A stretch of 64,000 nucleotides of DNA from an uncultured Gammaproteobacteria bacterium (GCA_963764725.1 CAVXTM010000007.1:1-64000), one strand, 5' to 3'. Shown: positions 9,972-20,394, counted from the first letter of the stretch. The notes: generated by a model from the sequence alone, not told the origin. Translations and numbers: made by a program.

Positions 9972-11636
9972 TCAGGCCGCCGACGCTTCGCGCTCGAGCT
10001 CGGACTCCTGGGCGATGAGATCTTCGTCCGCCAAAAGCTTGGTCAAACCCGGCACCGCGTGATCGAAGGTGAACATGTAATAGTGATACCCGAGTGTGAT
10101 GTAGTGCATGATGAACGGGATCTGATCCGGATATTCGCGCATGACCCGCCGGGAGAATTCGTGACTCGCTTTCTTGTAGTCTTCGGGGAACTGTTTATAA
10201 ATAATCTTTTGTTGTTGGTACTGACGCCACATTGTCCGCAGAGAAATTTTCCCGTTTACCCACTTCGAGACGAGGTTGCGCACACCGGAAGAGGTCAAGA
10301 AGAACAGTCGTTTCAAGCGGCCCGCCACGGTGGCCGGATGTGACATGCGGGAGAACATTTTGAGCGCGCGCTTAAAATACGCCTCCGGCTCATAGAGCGT
10401 CCGGATCACGCGCAGATGCCCCTCTAAGAGCTGCTTGCGGGGGATGCGCGTCACGATGTTCGTGTACCCTGATCCGAGCGTTCGTTCTTCGTCGCCCGTA
10501 AGCTCTTCGATCAAGCGGCCGGTTTGCTTCATGCGCGCGAAGAGAGGCGTCCCGGGCAGCGCCACGAGCGGGCCGATCATCGCGTTCGCTATGGAGGCAT
10601 CGGTAATAAAGTCGATCTGGCGGGCGAAGATATCATCAGTGTCGCTGTCGAACCCGACGATGAACGAGCCATAGGTCAACAGGCCCGCTTGCTGGATGCG
10701 CCACACGTGCTCGACCAAGGAACCCTTTAAATTTTGGAACTTACGCGTTTCCCTCAGGCTGTCCGCTGAGGGCGTTTCGATGCCCATGAATACCCAGATA
10801 AAATTCGCCTTGACCAGGAGATCCAGCAGCTCGGCGTCATCGGCAAGATTCACCGTTACCTCCGTCCCGTAGAAGAACGGATGGCCGCGCTCGGTATTCC
10901 ACTCGGCGAGCGCCGCCAGGAGTTTCTTGGCTTCCTTCTTGTTCCCGATGAAGTTATCGTCGACGACGAAAATCACGCCTCGGAACCCGGTGTCGTAGAT
11001 CGCGTCGAGTTCCTTCATCATCTGCGGCGGTGTCTTGGTTCTCGGCTTGCGCCCGAACATCACCGTGATGTCGCAGAATTCGCATAGATAAGGACAGCCC
11101 CGGGAGAACTGCACGGAATTCATCGCATAGTAGTCGAGGTTGAGCAAATCGAACCTCGGCACCGGCGTTTTTGTGACATCGGGCTTGTCGGGAGTGGTGT
11201 AGACGCTTTTATATGTGCCTCGTTCCAGGTCTTGGAGGAACTCGCGCCAGGTGATTTCGCCCTCGTTTAGAACCTGCACGTCGCAATGGGGGGCGCATTC
11301 CTCAGAACAGGCCGTCGGATAGGGGCCGCCGAATACGACAAGCTTCCCCGCGGCACGGGAGCGCGCCGCCGTTTCGAATAACGAGGACTTTTGGGTCAGC
11401 ATGGCCGAGAGACAGACGATATCGGCCCAGACTAGATCGCTTTCTTGCAGGGATTCGCAGTTCAAATCGATCAAACGAATCTGATAGTCCGCCGGCGTCA
11501 TTGCGGCGATCGTGATCAAGCCCAATGGCGGCATCGCCGCCTTTTTACCGATGAGCGGAAGGTAGTATTGCGAGCCCCAATAGGTGGGCGGAAACTGCGG
11601 GTAAACCATCAGGATATTCTTGTATTTATCGTTCAT
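9972..11636 (-). CDS. B12-binding radical SAM protein with DUF4070-like tail (HpnP-like family)
   Basis: PPLGLITIAA, GGPYPT, SRGCPYLCEFCD (CxxxCxxC), VDDNFIGN, FMGIET and FIVGFD motifs; GGAGG before ATG 11636. Confidence 0.88.
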   Translation of the reverse strand: MNDKYKNILMVYPQFPPTYWGSQYYLPLIGKKAAMPPLGLITIAAMTPADYQIRLIDLNCESLQESDLVWADIVCLSAMLTQKSSLFETAARSRAAGKLVVFGGPYPTACSEECAPHCDVQVLNEGEITWREFLQDLERGTYKSVYTTPDKPDVTKTPVPRFDLLNLDYYAMNSVQFSRGCPYLCEFCDITVMFGRKPRTKTPPQMMKELDAIYDTGFRGVIFVVDDNFIGNKKEAKKLLAALAEWNTERGHPFFYGTEVTVNLADDAELLDLLVKANFIWVFMGIETPSADSLRETRKFQNLKGSLVEHVWRIQQAGLLTYGSFIVGFDSDTDDIFARQIDFITDASIANAMIGPLVALPGTPLFARMKQTGRLIEELTGDEERTLGSGYTNIVTRIPRKQLLEGHLRVIRTLYEPEAYFKRALKMFSRMSHPATVAGRLKRLFFLTSSGVRNLVSKWVNGKISLRTMWRQYQQQKIIYKQFPEDYKKASHEFSRRVMREYPDQIPFIMHYITLGYHYYMFTFDHAVPGLTKLLADEDLIAQESELEREASAA

Positions 11637-11851
11637 AGATCCTCCTCGCGCTGTGACCCGCTGGGACAATCCCGGCTTACACGGCGAGTATAGGAAATTT
11701 GGCTCGCGAGCGCCAATGGTAGAGCCGTGCATCGCGACGCGCAGCCTAGCCTAACACTTCCGTCGCACGCGCGGGTTCCCGGTAGAATAGCGCATAATTG
11801 TGACCGGCCATGGCCTTGACTTCTTCATCCGCAACCTGGGAACCGAGTATC

Positions 11852-13297
11852 ATGCACTCCGACAACGCTGTATTTGTAGGCAAGGGTGAGACACCGCAAC
11901 AACTTCTGTTGCAGCTCGCGAACCGCCATGGATTGATCGCCGGCGCCACCGGCACCGGCAAGACCGTGTCGGTGAAGGTGCTCGCCGAGGGCTTGTCGAA
12001 CCACGGCGTGCCCGTCTTTTTAGCCGACGTCAAAGGCGATTTATCCGGGACCAGCCAGCCCGCCAGGGTTGACGCCAAACTAACCGAACGCGCCCGCACG
12101 GTGGGTCTTGGAGAGCTTACGCCCCAAGGTTTTCCCACGCTGTTCTGGGACATCGCGGGCGAACAAGGCCACCCGCTGCGGACCACCATCTCGGAGATGG
12201 GGCCGTTTTTGCTGACCAGGCTTCTGCAGCTCAACGGCGCCCAAGAGGGTGTTTTAAACATCGCTTTCAAACTCGCCGACGACCAAGGGCTGTTGTTACT
12301 CGACCTTAAGGACTTGCGTGCCATGCTGGATTTCGTTGGTGAGAACGCTTCCAGCCTGACGACGACTTACGGCACGGTCGGCAAGGCCTCGATTGGAGCT
12401 ATCCAGCGTGGCCTCCTAGTCCTGGAACAAGAAGGCGCGGATCGGCTTTTCGGCGAGCCGGCCCTGGATATTCACAATTTTATGCGCACGGATCCCGAGG
12501 GCCGCGGGTATGTGAGCTTATTACGCGCGGATTACCTGATGCGGCAACCCCGGTTGTACGCCACGTTCTTGTTGTGGTTGCTGTCGGAGCTTTTCGAGGA
12601 GCTTCCCGAGGTTGGTGATCTCGAGAAACCGAAGCTAGTATTCTTTTTTGACGAGGCCCATCTGCTGTTTAACGAGGCGCCCAAGGCCCTCATTGAGAAG
12701 GTCGAACAGGTCGTACGGCTCATTCGGTCTAAGGGGGTGGGGGTGTATTTCATCTCGCAAAGCCCCCTCGATGTCCCCGAAAGCGTCTTGGGGCAGTTGG
12801 GTAACCGCATTCAGCATGCGCTGCGCGCCTTCACCCCGCGCGATCAGAAGGCCGTGCGCGCGGCCGCGGAAACCTTCCGCGCCAATCCGGCGTTCGATGT
12901 CCGCGCCGCCATCACCGAGCTCGCGGTCGGCGAGGCCTTGGTCTCGTTCCTCGATGAGACCGGCGTCCCCGGCGTGGTGCAGCGCACGCGCATCCGCCCG
13001 CCCGCCTCCCGCATGGGACCCGCGAGCAGCGAAGAACGCTCCGCCAGCCTCCGGGCCAGCCCCCTCTATGGGCACTATGAACAAGTGGTCGATCGCGAAT
13101 CCGCCTATGAGCATCTCCAATCACGCGCAGACCGGCCATCCCCCGAACGTGCGTCGCCACGCCGTTCAGCAGAAAGGAGTAGGTCTACGCAAACCGCCGC
13201 CGATGCCTTGGTCAAAAGCGTGGCACGCAGCATCGGAGGCAGTCTCGGCCGGCAGATCGTGCGCGGCGTGCTGGGGTCAATCTTCAAAGGGCGATGA
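11852..13297 (+). CDS. DUF853 / YjgR-family HerA-like ATPase
   Basis: ANRHGLIAGATGTGKT, DVKGDLSG, FFFDEAHLLF, RSKGVGVYF and QLGNRIQHALRAFTP motifs. Confidence 0.92.
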   Translation: MHSDNAVFVGKGETPQQLLLQLANRHGLIAGATGTGKTVSVKVLAEGLSNHGVPVFLADVKGDLSGTSQPARVDAKLTERARTVGLGELTPQGFPTLFWDIAGEQGHPLRTTISEMGPFLLTRLLQLNGAQEGVLNIAFKLADDQGLLLLDLKDLRAMLDFVGENASSLTTTYGTVGKASIGAIQRGLLVLEQEGADRLFGEPALDIHNFMRTDPEGRGYVSLLRADYLMRQPRLYATFLLWLLSELFEELPEVGDLEKPKLVFFFDEAHLLFNEAPKALIEKVEQVVRLIRSKGVGVYFISQSPLDVPESVLGQLGNRIQHALRAFTPRDQKAVRAAAETFRANPAFDVRAAITELAVGEALVSFLDETGVPGVVQRTRIRPPASRMGPASSEERSASLRASPLYGHYEQVVDRESAYEHLQSRADRPSPERASPRRSAERSRSTQTAADALVKSVARSIGGSLGRQIVRGVLGSIFKGR

Positions 13298-13627
13298 TGC
13301 GCACCATCGAAATTCCCGCCGCCTTGCTATCCGTTGGCGTCACCTCGCGCTCGAACAGCATCCAAACGGTCAGCGGACTGCCCTGGCGTGGGTCGTATGC
13401 TGCTGTCGGCTACCAGCGGGCGTAAAGACCCACGGAGCCCGTCATTGACAATAGAGGGAACAGCCTGATCGGTTCTACTCCCACCGCCGTAACGGCACCA
13501 CGGCGCACATGGCGAGTCTCATCTGGGTCCGTCGGTAAAGGGGAGGTTGGGACGAGGCGAGCACGTCCCAGCACGCGCGGGCAGGGACAGGACATCACCC
13601 GCCGGCCCTACCCATCGGTCACGCCGT

Positions 13628-14065
13628 TCACGCCATGAGCTTGTTGCGGATCGCGGCGAGGGCCTGGGCGAGCCCGTCGGTCTGTGTCCCACCGCCCTGT
13701 GTCGCCGCACCCTCGGGCAACTTGCCGTCGGGCGTGAGCAGATCGATGATCTGGGGCAGGAGGGCTGCCAAGCCCTGACTGGCCTTCTGGTTGGTGACGC
13801 CCGCCGATTGGGCTACTTGTTGGATGCGGTCCTCACCCAGGGCTTGGCGCACCTGCTCCGCGGAGGCCGCGCGGTTCGCGCCGGTGCTGATCCAGGACGA
13901 GACGACATCGTCCAAGCCCTTCTCCCGAAGCGTCTTCACCAAACCCGCAAGGCCCCCTGTTTGCGGGTTATTGAGCAAGGCGATGGCGGCATCGACGACC
14001 TTGCCGGCCACCGGACCGGTCACCGCCCCGCCCAGGAAAGCGAATAACGTTTTCCAGATGCTCAT
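13628..14065 (-). CDS. YidB / DUF937 family protein
   Basis: GGLAGLV...GLDDVVSSWISTGAN and LPQIIDLLTPDG motifs. Confidence 0.85.
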   Translation of the reverse strand: MSIWKTLFAFLGGAVTGPVAGKVVDAAIALLNNPQTGGLAGLVKTLREKGLDDVVSSWISTGANRAASAEQVRQALGEDRIQQVAQSAGVTNQKASQGLAALLPQIIDLLTPDGKLPEGAATQGGGTQTDGLAQALAAIRNKLMA

Positions 14066-14077
14066 AGCGTCCCCTCC

Positions 14078-14695
14078 TCATGTAATCGCTGTAGGTGTGT
14101 GCTTCTCGACCAGACCATCCCGGGTCAGCGGTAACGTCTGACCCTCGATAATCCCCGATCGTTCAGACCTGCGGAACATTCGCTCACCCGTAACCCGCTG
14201 ACGGCCTGGATACTCTTGGCGCGCCCGCACCACGTAGCCGAGCAACGCACCACCGGCCGTGGACAGCGTCAGTAAACCCACCGTCACGAACTGGCTCACC
14301 AACATGATGCCACCCAGGCCCAAGAGCGCCGCGAAACCCAGACCGACCTTGAAGCTCGCCCCGGCCTGTACGCGGCGAATGGTCTTGAGGGTCTCGCGGT
14401 GGGTCTGTGCTATCAGCTTGCTCTTGTCTTTTTCCGCTTGTACACGGACCTTTTCCCGCTCTCGGGCAAAATCGTCCTTCACACGAGCGACGGCGTGGTG
14501 CCTGGTACCGTTGGCGATCGCCGTGAACCAAAGCGCGGCGAATATACCGATCACCAATGCGAACACGGCGAACACACCCCAATGTTCCTCGAGCCGCGCC
14601 TGGAAGGCCGCAATCGCCATGACGACGGCAGCGGCCTGGGCCAGCAGGATCCCCACCAGGTATTTGAGAACCGTGATCAGGCTGAAGCGTTCCAC
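14078..14695 (-). CDS. Hypothetical membrane protein (2 TM, coiled region, 2 TM)
   Basis: Hydrophobic segments flank a charged helical stretch; co-oriented with neighbours. Confidence 0.7.
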   Translation of the reverse strand: MERFSLITVLKYLVGILLAQAAAVVMAIAAFQARLEEHWGVFAVFALVIGIFAALWFTAIANGTRHHAVARVKDDFAREREKVRVQAEKDKSKLIAQTHRETLKTIRRVQAGASFKVGLGFAALLGLGGIMLVSQFVTVGLLTLSTAGGALLGYVVRARQEYPGRQRVTGERMFRRSERSGIIEGQTLPLTRDGLVEKHTPTAIT

Positions 14696-14758
14696 CGCGA
14701 CGCTACCCGTCTAAGCAATCAGCAGGGCCCCAATCGAGAAACACCGGTTGTCCCCGCC

Positions 14759-15331
14759 TCAGGTAGAAGCCTCCGGCGCGCGCTGCTCCTGCGTTCTGAT
14801 GTACCACACGCCACCGGCCGCGAATGCGATGGCTAGGAGAAGGATGATCCATAGATAGGCGGTAACATACATAGCCACTAAGAGGCTGACGCCGAGGAAC
14901 CCCCCCACGATGTAGAAGCGCCAGTTGACGTAGACCCCTTGAAGAAAAAACGCGAACGCCAGCAGCAGGAAGACGACGAAACCTACCGACTCGAAACTCA
15001 GACGACCCACACCCAAGAGCATGTACGTCAACTGCACGGCCACCCACAACCCGATCCAATGGAATAGCTGCCTGCGCAGGAGCAGACTCCACTTCTCTCG
15101 GTCCGCCCGCACCCGCTGCCACTGCGCCAAGAGGGTGATGGCCCCGAAAACCGGGATCATGATCGCCCAATAGAGACGGCTGGTCTGCGGGGAAACGTTA
15201 GTGAGGGCGATACCGATATAGGACAGTCCGATCAACGCCCCGATGACCACGGCATCATTGGCGAACGGGAAGATATCGAGTTTGTCCTTGATGGTGGTGA
15301 GCTTACCGGAGATCATCTCATTGAGTGCCAT
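14759..15331 (-). CDS. Hypothetical multi-pass membrane protein
   Basis: About six hydrophobic helices from MALNEMISG onward; start chosen at ATG 15331. Confidence 0.7.
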   Translation of the reverse strand: MALNEMISGKLTTIKDKLDIFPFANDAVVIGALIGLSYIGIALTNVSPQTSRLYWAIMIPVFGAITLLAQWQRVRADREKWSLLLRRQLFHWIGLWVAVQLTYMLLGVGRLSFESVGFVVFLLLAFAFFLQGVYVNWRFYIVGGFLGVSLLVAMYVTAYLWIILLLAIAFAAGGVWYIRTQEQRAPEAST

Positions 15332-15667
15332 GATGGAATGCCCTCGCCGTAATCGGTATGTCGAGGTCCGACGTCGGAACGCACACCTTAAGCTTCGGAT
15401 GATCGGGGCGAATCCCAGCAAGGTGCAGCGAAGCGGACACGAATGCCGGCATTCGTTTCTCAACCCCCGCCCACGGCGTCACGGTTCTCGCTCCCCCTGC
15501 AGGAAGCGCAGCGTGTCGGTCCCACTGAACTTTGAATATACGGAACTCAACGCCGCAAAGCAACCCCCTGGCGCTGAACCAATACACAACGACGCCCGGA
15601 CACGGCGTCGTTGCTGGCGACCTTCACGAGGATTGAGGTCAGCGATCCAGCGATGCGCTTTGTCGCC

Positions 15668-16354
15668 TCATTCCTTTAGATCTATGACCAAGCTGCCGTC
15701 TTCCACGCGAATATTATCTATACCCGCTGCGAAATGCTTCCAGAATCCCTGCTCACCACCATATTCCTTCACCAGATCGATGTTCTTCATACCTCCGAGC
15801 CAAGCATTGGGCAGCGGAACACCCATGATGCTGATGCCTCGTATGAGGACCTCGGGATTGCCGTGCTCGTACATCAATCCGAGCCCGGCTTTGACCCTAA
15901 TCAACTGACCGCCCAAGACCGGAAAGTCCTCATCGACGGGCATCAGAAGCTTGGCGCTCACCAGGTCATCCGATAAATCGATCGCCAGTTTCCTAGCGAG
16001 ATCGGTATTCTTCGCTAGAAGGGCATTAAGTTCTTTCTCAGTAAAGGCGATCCGCCTGCTGGCACCCTCTTCGCTGTAAGCTTCGGGTTCCAGCGCACCG
16101 TTAGGTCCCACGTGGCCGCTACCGCGCGAGGCTTCAAGGGACTCCAGCTTCTCGATCTTGCCATCGAGAACGGCCTCTTCTTTGGCATTCAGCGTGATTG
16201 GCTGGAACTCCCTAGCGAAGATGTTCGCCTTCACCGCCCAGACGGTGAGAATGGCCGTAACGACAACCGCGCCCAACATGAGTGCCAGGACCGGGAGACA
16301 GCCAAAGCGATACTCTCGGATCGGTTTGGCGGCAATCTGCTCATTGGGGTCCAT
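15668..16354 (-). CDS. Conserved hypothetical protein with N-terminal membrane anchor
   Basis: Single TM followed by a soluble domain (EKELNALLAKNTDLARKLAIDLS, GVPLPNAWLGG); AGGA before ATG. Confidence 0.75.
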   Translation of the reverse strand: MDPNEQIAAKPIREYRFGCLPVLALMLGAVVVTAILTVWAVKANIFAREFQPITLNAKEEAVLDGKIEKLESLEASRGSGHVGPNGALEPEAYSEEGASRRIAFTEKELNALLAKNTDLARKLAIDLSDDLVSAKLLMPVDEDFPVLGGQLIRVKAGLGLMYEHGNPEVLIRGISIMGVPLPNAWLGGMKNIDLVKEYGGEQGFWKHFAAGIDNIRVEDGSLVIDLKE

Positions 16355-16381
16355 GCGGTCCTGTCCGCCGAATAGCAGGCT

Positions 16382-16600
16382 CTACACAAGACGGTGGGTG
16401 AGCGCCATTCTCTCAAGCCAATAAGCGCTCCGCACCCAGTGCGTCTTCAAGCTCGGCGAGAAGCTGCTTTTCATTGGCACTCCAGCCTTCTCCGCGACCG
16501 CCATCGCCCATTGTTTGTACTCCGATGCATCTTGCGGGTTTCCTTTCGAGGCCAGCAGCTTGGCCACCGCACGACAGTCCTCAAGCGCCTGTGCTCGCAT
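16382..16600 (-). pseudogene. Fragment of a conserved hypothetical helical protein
   Basis: ALEDCRAVAKLL...EYKQWAMAVAEK, then the protein-like text jumps frame (SANEKQLLAELEDALG); no N-terminal part. Confidence 0.4.
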
Positions 16601-16639
16601 CTTCTCGGCTGAGTCGATGCCCTTCTCCCCTACTTACTC

Positions 16640-16912
16640 TTACTTGGCGAGGGCCTTCCTAATGTAGCCGACGATGATCATCAAAACGGCACCGCCAATT
16701 CCGGAACCCGCCACGTTACCCAGCAATCCGGAACTCGCCGCCCCGCCCAACAGGGCGCCGATTATCTGGCCGCCCAAACCTCCGCCTAGGAGCCCTGCTA
16801 TAGTGTTGCCGAGCACGCCGAGGCTGAGGTTTTTGAGGAGTGCTCCCGCAATGTTGCCACCGACACCGCCCGTGATCAAACTGACAATCCAGCTAACGAG
16901 TTGGTTTTCCAT
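16640..16912 (-). CDS. Small glycine-rich membrane protein
   Basis: Three GxxxG-rich hydrophobic helices; GGAGG before ATG 16912. Confidence 0.8.
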   Translation of the reverse strand: MENQLVSWIVSLITGGVGGNIAGALLKNLSLGVLGNTIAGLLGGGLGGQIIGALLGGAASSGLLGNVAGSGIGGAVLMIIVGYIRKALAK

Positions 16913-17004
16913 CGTTCCTCCTGTCGTCTCTATCAAGCTAGAACACAAGGCCGCGTATCGTCAGGCCTGCGCTCGCGCTAGAACAACAACGTTATACTTC
17001 AGTC

Positions 17005-17433
17005 TTAGAGGGGGATCCTGACCTTCTGTCCCGGGAAGATCAGATTTGGATCCTTGATGACCTCGCGATTGGCCTCGAAGATTTTAGGATAAGCGTTGGC
17101 ATCGCCATAGTAGTGCTTTGCGATCTTTGAAAGCGTATCGCCCTTTTGAATGACATAGTACTCGACCTTAACGGTCGCGACTGGTACCGCCAGGCCCTCT
17201 ATCTTTACTTCACCGACCCCCTGAACGTTTCCCGCCATCAAAACCGCCTTCTGCATGGCTTCTGCGGATTCGGCGGTCCCGGACAATACCGCTGTACCAT
17301 CCTTGTAGTCGACCTTCAAGTCCTTGATCCCGGGGTTATTGGCTTTGATGTGCTCCTCAATCTTCTGCGACGCATCATCTTCTTTGCCGAATAGTTTGTG
17401 ACCGATATCGCGAACAAAATCGAAAAGTCCCAT
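17005..17433 (-). CDS. BON+LysM protein (Kbp/YgaU family)
   Basis: MGLFDFV..IG.KLF, AVLMAGNVQGV and LysM GDTLSKIAKHYYG...IFEAN...IFPGQ. Confidence 0.92.
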   Translation of the reverse strand: MGLFDFVRDIGHKLFGKEDDASQKIEEHIKANNPGIKDLKVDYKDGTAVLSGTAESAEAMQKAVLMAGNVQGVGEVKIEGLAVPVATVKVEYYVIQKGDTLSKIAKHYYGDANAYPKIFEANREVIKDPNLIFPGQKVRIPL

Positions 17434-17506
17434 ATGCCCTCCTGTCGTGAAAAGCTCTGGTTTTCGGATAGCCGCACGCCGCGGTCCTGCCCCATTTATT
17501 CTAGTA

Positions 17507-17723
17507 GGTAGAGGAACTATAAACCATCTCTCTCGTGAGTCAACGCGGCAGAACCGGGACCTATCAGGCAGGGCTGCCGCCGGAGATGGCCCTGTCGGTG
17601 AGCGGATCGAGGGTCGGTACCGTGCGTTGGACCAGCACCTCCAATGTGGCGTGTATCGGCGCGCTAACTCGGCGAAAGCAAAGGCGCTCTCCCTCGATGG
17701 CGTACACGCCGTCGAGAAACAGC
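17507..17723 (-). mobile_element. IS91/ISCR remnant: oriIS-like end plus short transposase fragment
   Basis: Reverse complement ends GATGGTTTATAGTTCCTCTACC, close to the ISCR oriIS motif, and begins with codons for LFLDGVYA, the segment following the HUH motif. Confidence 0.6.
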
Positions 17724-17736
17724 CTGGCCGCCTTGG

Positions 17737-19467
17737 TCAGGACAACGGAACCGCGTGCTCGACGATCAGCTGCGGGCTGCGAGACCCCTGGTATTCATTG
17801 ATCGCCAGCCGGTATGCGAGCCTCACGCGCCGCGCCTCCAGGGGCCAGTCCGCATCCAAGGCGTTGAAAGCGATGCCTGCGACGGAATGCGTGCTGCGAT
17901 CAGGCCGCAGGACGAACTTGAGGTGCCGGTCCGCGACCACTCGCGGGGCTTGCAGATCGAATTCACCGTCGAACAGCGGCTCGGGAAAGCCTTGGCCCCA
18001 GGGACCGGCGCGGTGCAAGACTTCGGCCATTTCCAATCCTAAATCGGTTGCACCCAACTCGCCATCGGTATAGACCACATCGCGTAGCGTTTCCGGCGAC
18101 ATTCGCCGCTCGACCTCCAGGTCGAAAGCGCGCGCGAACGCCGCTAAGTCTGCGCGCCGCAACACCATTCCCGCCGCCATGGCGTGCCCGCCGAACTTGC
18201 TGATAAGGCCCGGGTGCGCCGCGGCCACGGCATCGAGCGTGTCACGGACATGGACGCCCGCGACGGAGCGCGCCGAACCCTTGATTTCACCTCCCGAGGC
18301 CAAGGCGAAAGCGATCACGGGACGATTAATGCGTTCGCGGATGCGGCCGGCCACGATCCCCACCACCCCTTGGTGCCAGTCCTCGTCGAACAGGCAAACG
18401 CCATAGGCCGTTGCATTGATTTCCCGAGATCCAAGGCCTGCCAGCGATCCGATCGCCTCTTCATGCATCTTGGCCTCGATGTCGCGCCGCTCGCGGTTGA
18501 GCCCGTCGAGCCGCGAGGCCAGTTCCTTGGCCGTGCCTTCGTCCTCGGCGAGGAGGCACTCGATCCCAAGCGACATATCCGCCAAACGGCCCGCGGCATT
18601 GAGCCGCGGCGCAACCGCAAAGCCGAGATCACGCGCGGACAGCCGCCCTATATCGCGGCCCGCGGCCGACACCAAGGCACGGATCCCGGGGACACAGCGC
18701 CCGGCCCGGATCCGCGTCAACCCTTGGGCCACCAGAATGCGGTTGTTGTGATCGAGCGGGACCACATCGGCCACGGTGCCGAGCGCGACGAGGTCCAGGA
18801 ACGAGGCGAGGTTCGGTTCCGGCATTCCCTTGCCGCCGAACCAATTCGAGGCGCGTAGATGAGCGCGTAACGCCGTCAGCACGTAAAACATGACGCCGAC
18901 ACCGCACAGGACCTTGCTCGGGAAAAGATCCCCGGGCCGATTGGGGTTGACGATCGCATCCGCTTCAGGCAGCGCGGGCCCCGGCAGATGATGGTCCGTG
19001 ATCACGACCCGCACACCCGCGCGCCGGGCCGCGGCGACGCCGTCGATGCTGGAGATGCCGTTATCGACGGTAACGAGAACCTGGGGCCGGCACGGGAGAG
19101 TGATGGCCACGATCTCGGGCGTGAGACCATAGCCATACTCGAAGCGGTTGGGGACGACATAATGCACATCCGCCGCCCCCAATGCCCGTAACCCGCGCAC
19201 GGCGAGCGCACAGCCGGTGGCGCCATCGGCATCGAAATCGCCGACCACGACGATACGCTCGGCGCGTTCAAGCGCCCCGGCGAGCACCTCCACGGCTTCG
19301 GTCATGCCGCCCAACTCACGGTAGGGAAGTAGGCGGGCGAGCGAATAGTCCAATTCCTCGGAAGAGCGCACGCCGCGCCCGAGGTAAATACGCTGCAACA
19401 CGGGCCGCAGGCCCCCCATAAGGCCGTCCGTCGCCGGGATGACGCGTCTGACAATCCGCTTTTCCAT
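17737..19467 (-). CDS. recJ: ssDNA-specific exonuclease RecJ
   Basis: GDFDADG, PNRF.YGYGL, TVDNG, TDHH, GTVADV, PRLNAAGR, GSARS and GGHAMAAG motifs. Confidence 0.97.
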   Translation of the reverse strand: MEKRIVRRVIPATDGLMGGLRPVLQRIYLGRGVRSSEELDYSLARLLPYRELGGMTEAVEVLAGALERAERIVVVGDFDADGATGCALAVRGLRALGAADVHYVVPNRFEYGYGLTPEIVAITLPCRPQVLVTVDNGISSIDGVAAARRAGVRVVITDHHLPGPALPEADAIVNPNRPGDLFPSKVLCGVGVMFYVLTALRAHLRASNWFGGKGMPEPNLASFLDLVALGTVADVVPLDHNNRILVAQGLTRIRAGRCVPGIRALVSAAGRDIGRLSARDLGFAVAPRLNAAGRLADMSLGIECLLAEDEGTAKELASRLDGLNRERRDIEAKMHEEAIGSLAGLGSREINATAYGVCLFDEDWHQGVVGIVAGRIRERINRPVIAFALASGGEIKGSARSVAGVHVRDTLDAVAAAHPGLISKFGGHAMAAGMVLRRADLAAFARAFDLEVERRMSPETLRDVVYTDGELGATDLGLEMAEVLHRAGPWGQGFPEPLFDGEFDLQAPRVVADRHLKFVLRPDRSTHSVAGIAFNALDADWPLEARRVRLAYRLAINEYQGSRSPQLIVEHAVPLS

Positions 19468-19699
19468 CGTTTCGAAAGCTTACGGTGTAAAATATGCTTC
19501 GAGCGCTGTAGCGCAGTGCGGCGCTCTGCGAGCCCCTATACAAGCAGCTTGGGTTGTGCTCTATTAATCGCTGGATCGGATACCAGCGAACACGGGCGAC
19601 GTCAACCGTGATGCGCTTGTAAATTTTTAGGTCATTTTATAGCAGTTCGTGGGAGGGGACCCATTTAGTATGAGATATGCACCAGGAAGGGTAATTCCT

Positions 19700-20302
19700 A
19701 TGAACTCAAGTAGCATAGACAGCACTCCATCGGAAGCGAAATGCGCGGCGTTGCTCTGTGAAGCCGCCAAGAGTCAGTTGGTGGTAATCGATATCCAGGC
19801 GAAACTCGGCGCTACGATTCCGGTGAAGGTCCTTAATCGCGTGATCGACAATACCGTTTTGCTGTTGGAGGCTGCCAAAACACTCGGGATCCCCGTGCTC
19901 GCCAGCGAGCAATACCCGAAAGGTCTAGGCCCCTTGGAGCCCAGGATCATCGAACACCTTCCGAGCGACGTGCAACGCTTCGAGAAAACCTCGTTCTCAT
20001 GCGTGCAAGCCAACGGTTTTCTCGACGCCGTCACGAATGCCGCTCGGCCACAGGTGGTGCTCGCGGGGATGGAGGCGCACGTTTGCATACTGCAGACGGC
20101 GGTTGACCTCAGCGCCGAGGGTTTCGACGTGTTCGTTGCCGAGGATGCACTGTGCTCGCGTAAGCTGGAAAATTACCAGAATGCCCTATCGCGCATGCAA
20201 CAATCCGGCGTAGCCGTGCTCAGCGCCGAGTCCGTGGTGTTCGAGTGGCTGCGCGACGCGCGACACCAGCATTTCAAAGCCATCGCGAAACTTTTGCGTT
20301 GA
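19700..20302 (+). CDS. Isochorismatase-family hydrolase
   Basis: VVIDIQ, SEQYPKGLG, EKTSFSC and GMEAHVCILQT motifs. Confidence 0.9.
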   Translation: MNSSSIDSTPSEAKCAALLCEAAKSQLVVIDIQAKLGATIPVKVLNRVIDNTVLLLEAAKTLGIPVLASEQYPKGLGPLEPRIIEHLPSDVQRFEKTSFSCVQANGFLDAVTNAARPQVVLAGMEAHVCILQTAVDLSAEGFDVFVAEDALCSRKLENYQNALSRMQQSGVAVLSAESVVFEWLRDARHQHFKAIAKLLR

Positions 20303-20394
20303 CGGGGTTAAATCCGCGCGGCGCGCGCATGAACCAGGGCGACAACGCGAACGGTCGCTCGCGATCGCATCCTTAGTTCACTACACCCGCCACT

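Noticed and set aside
4371-13297. Sir2-HerA defence pair formed with the DUF853 ATPase
   Set aside because: The ATPase is 6 kb away, belongs to the common YjgR family and is not operonic; the Sir2 is APAZ-type
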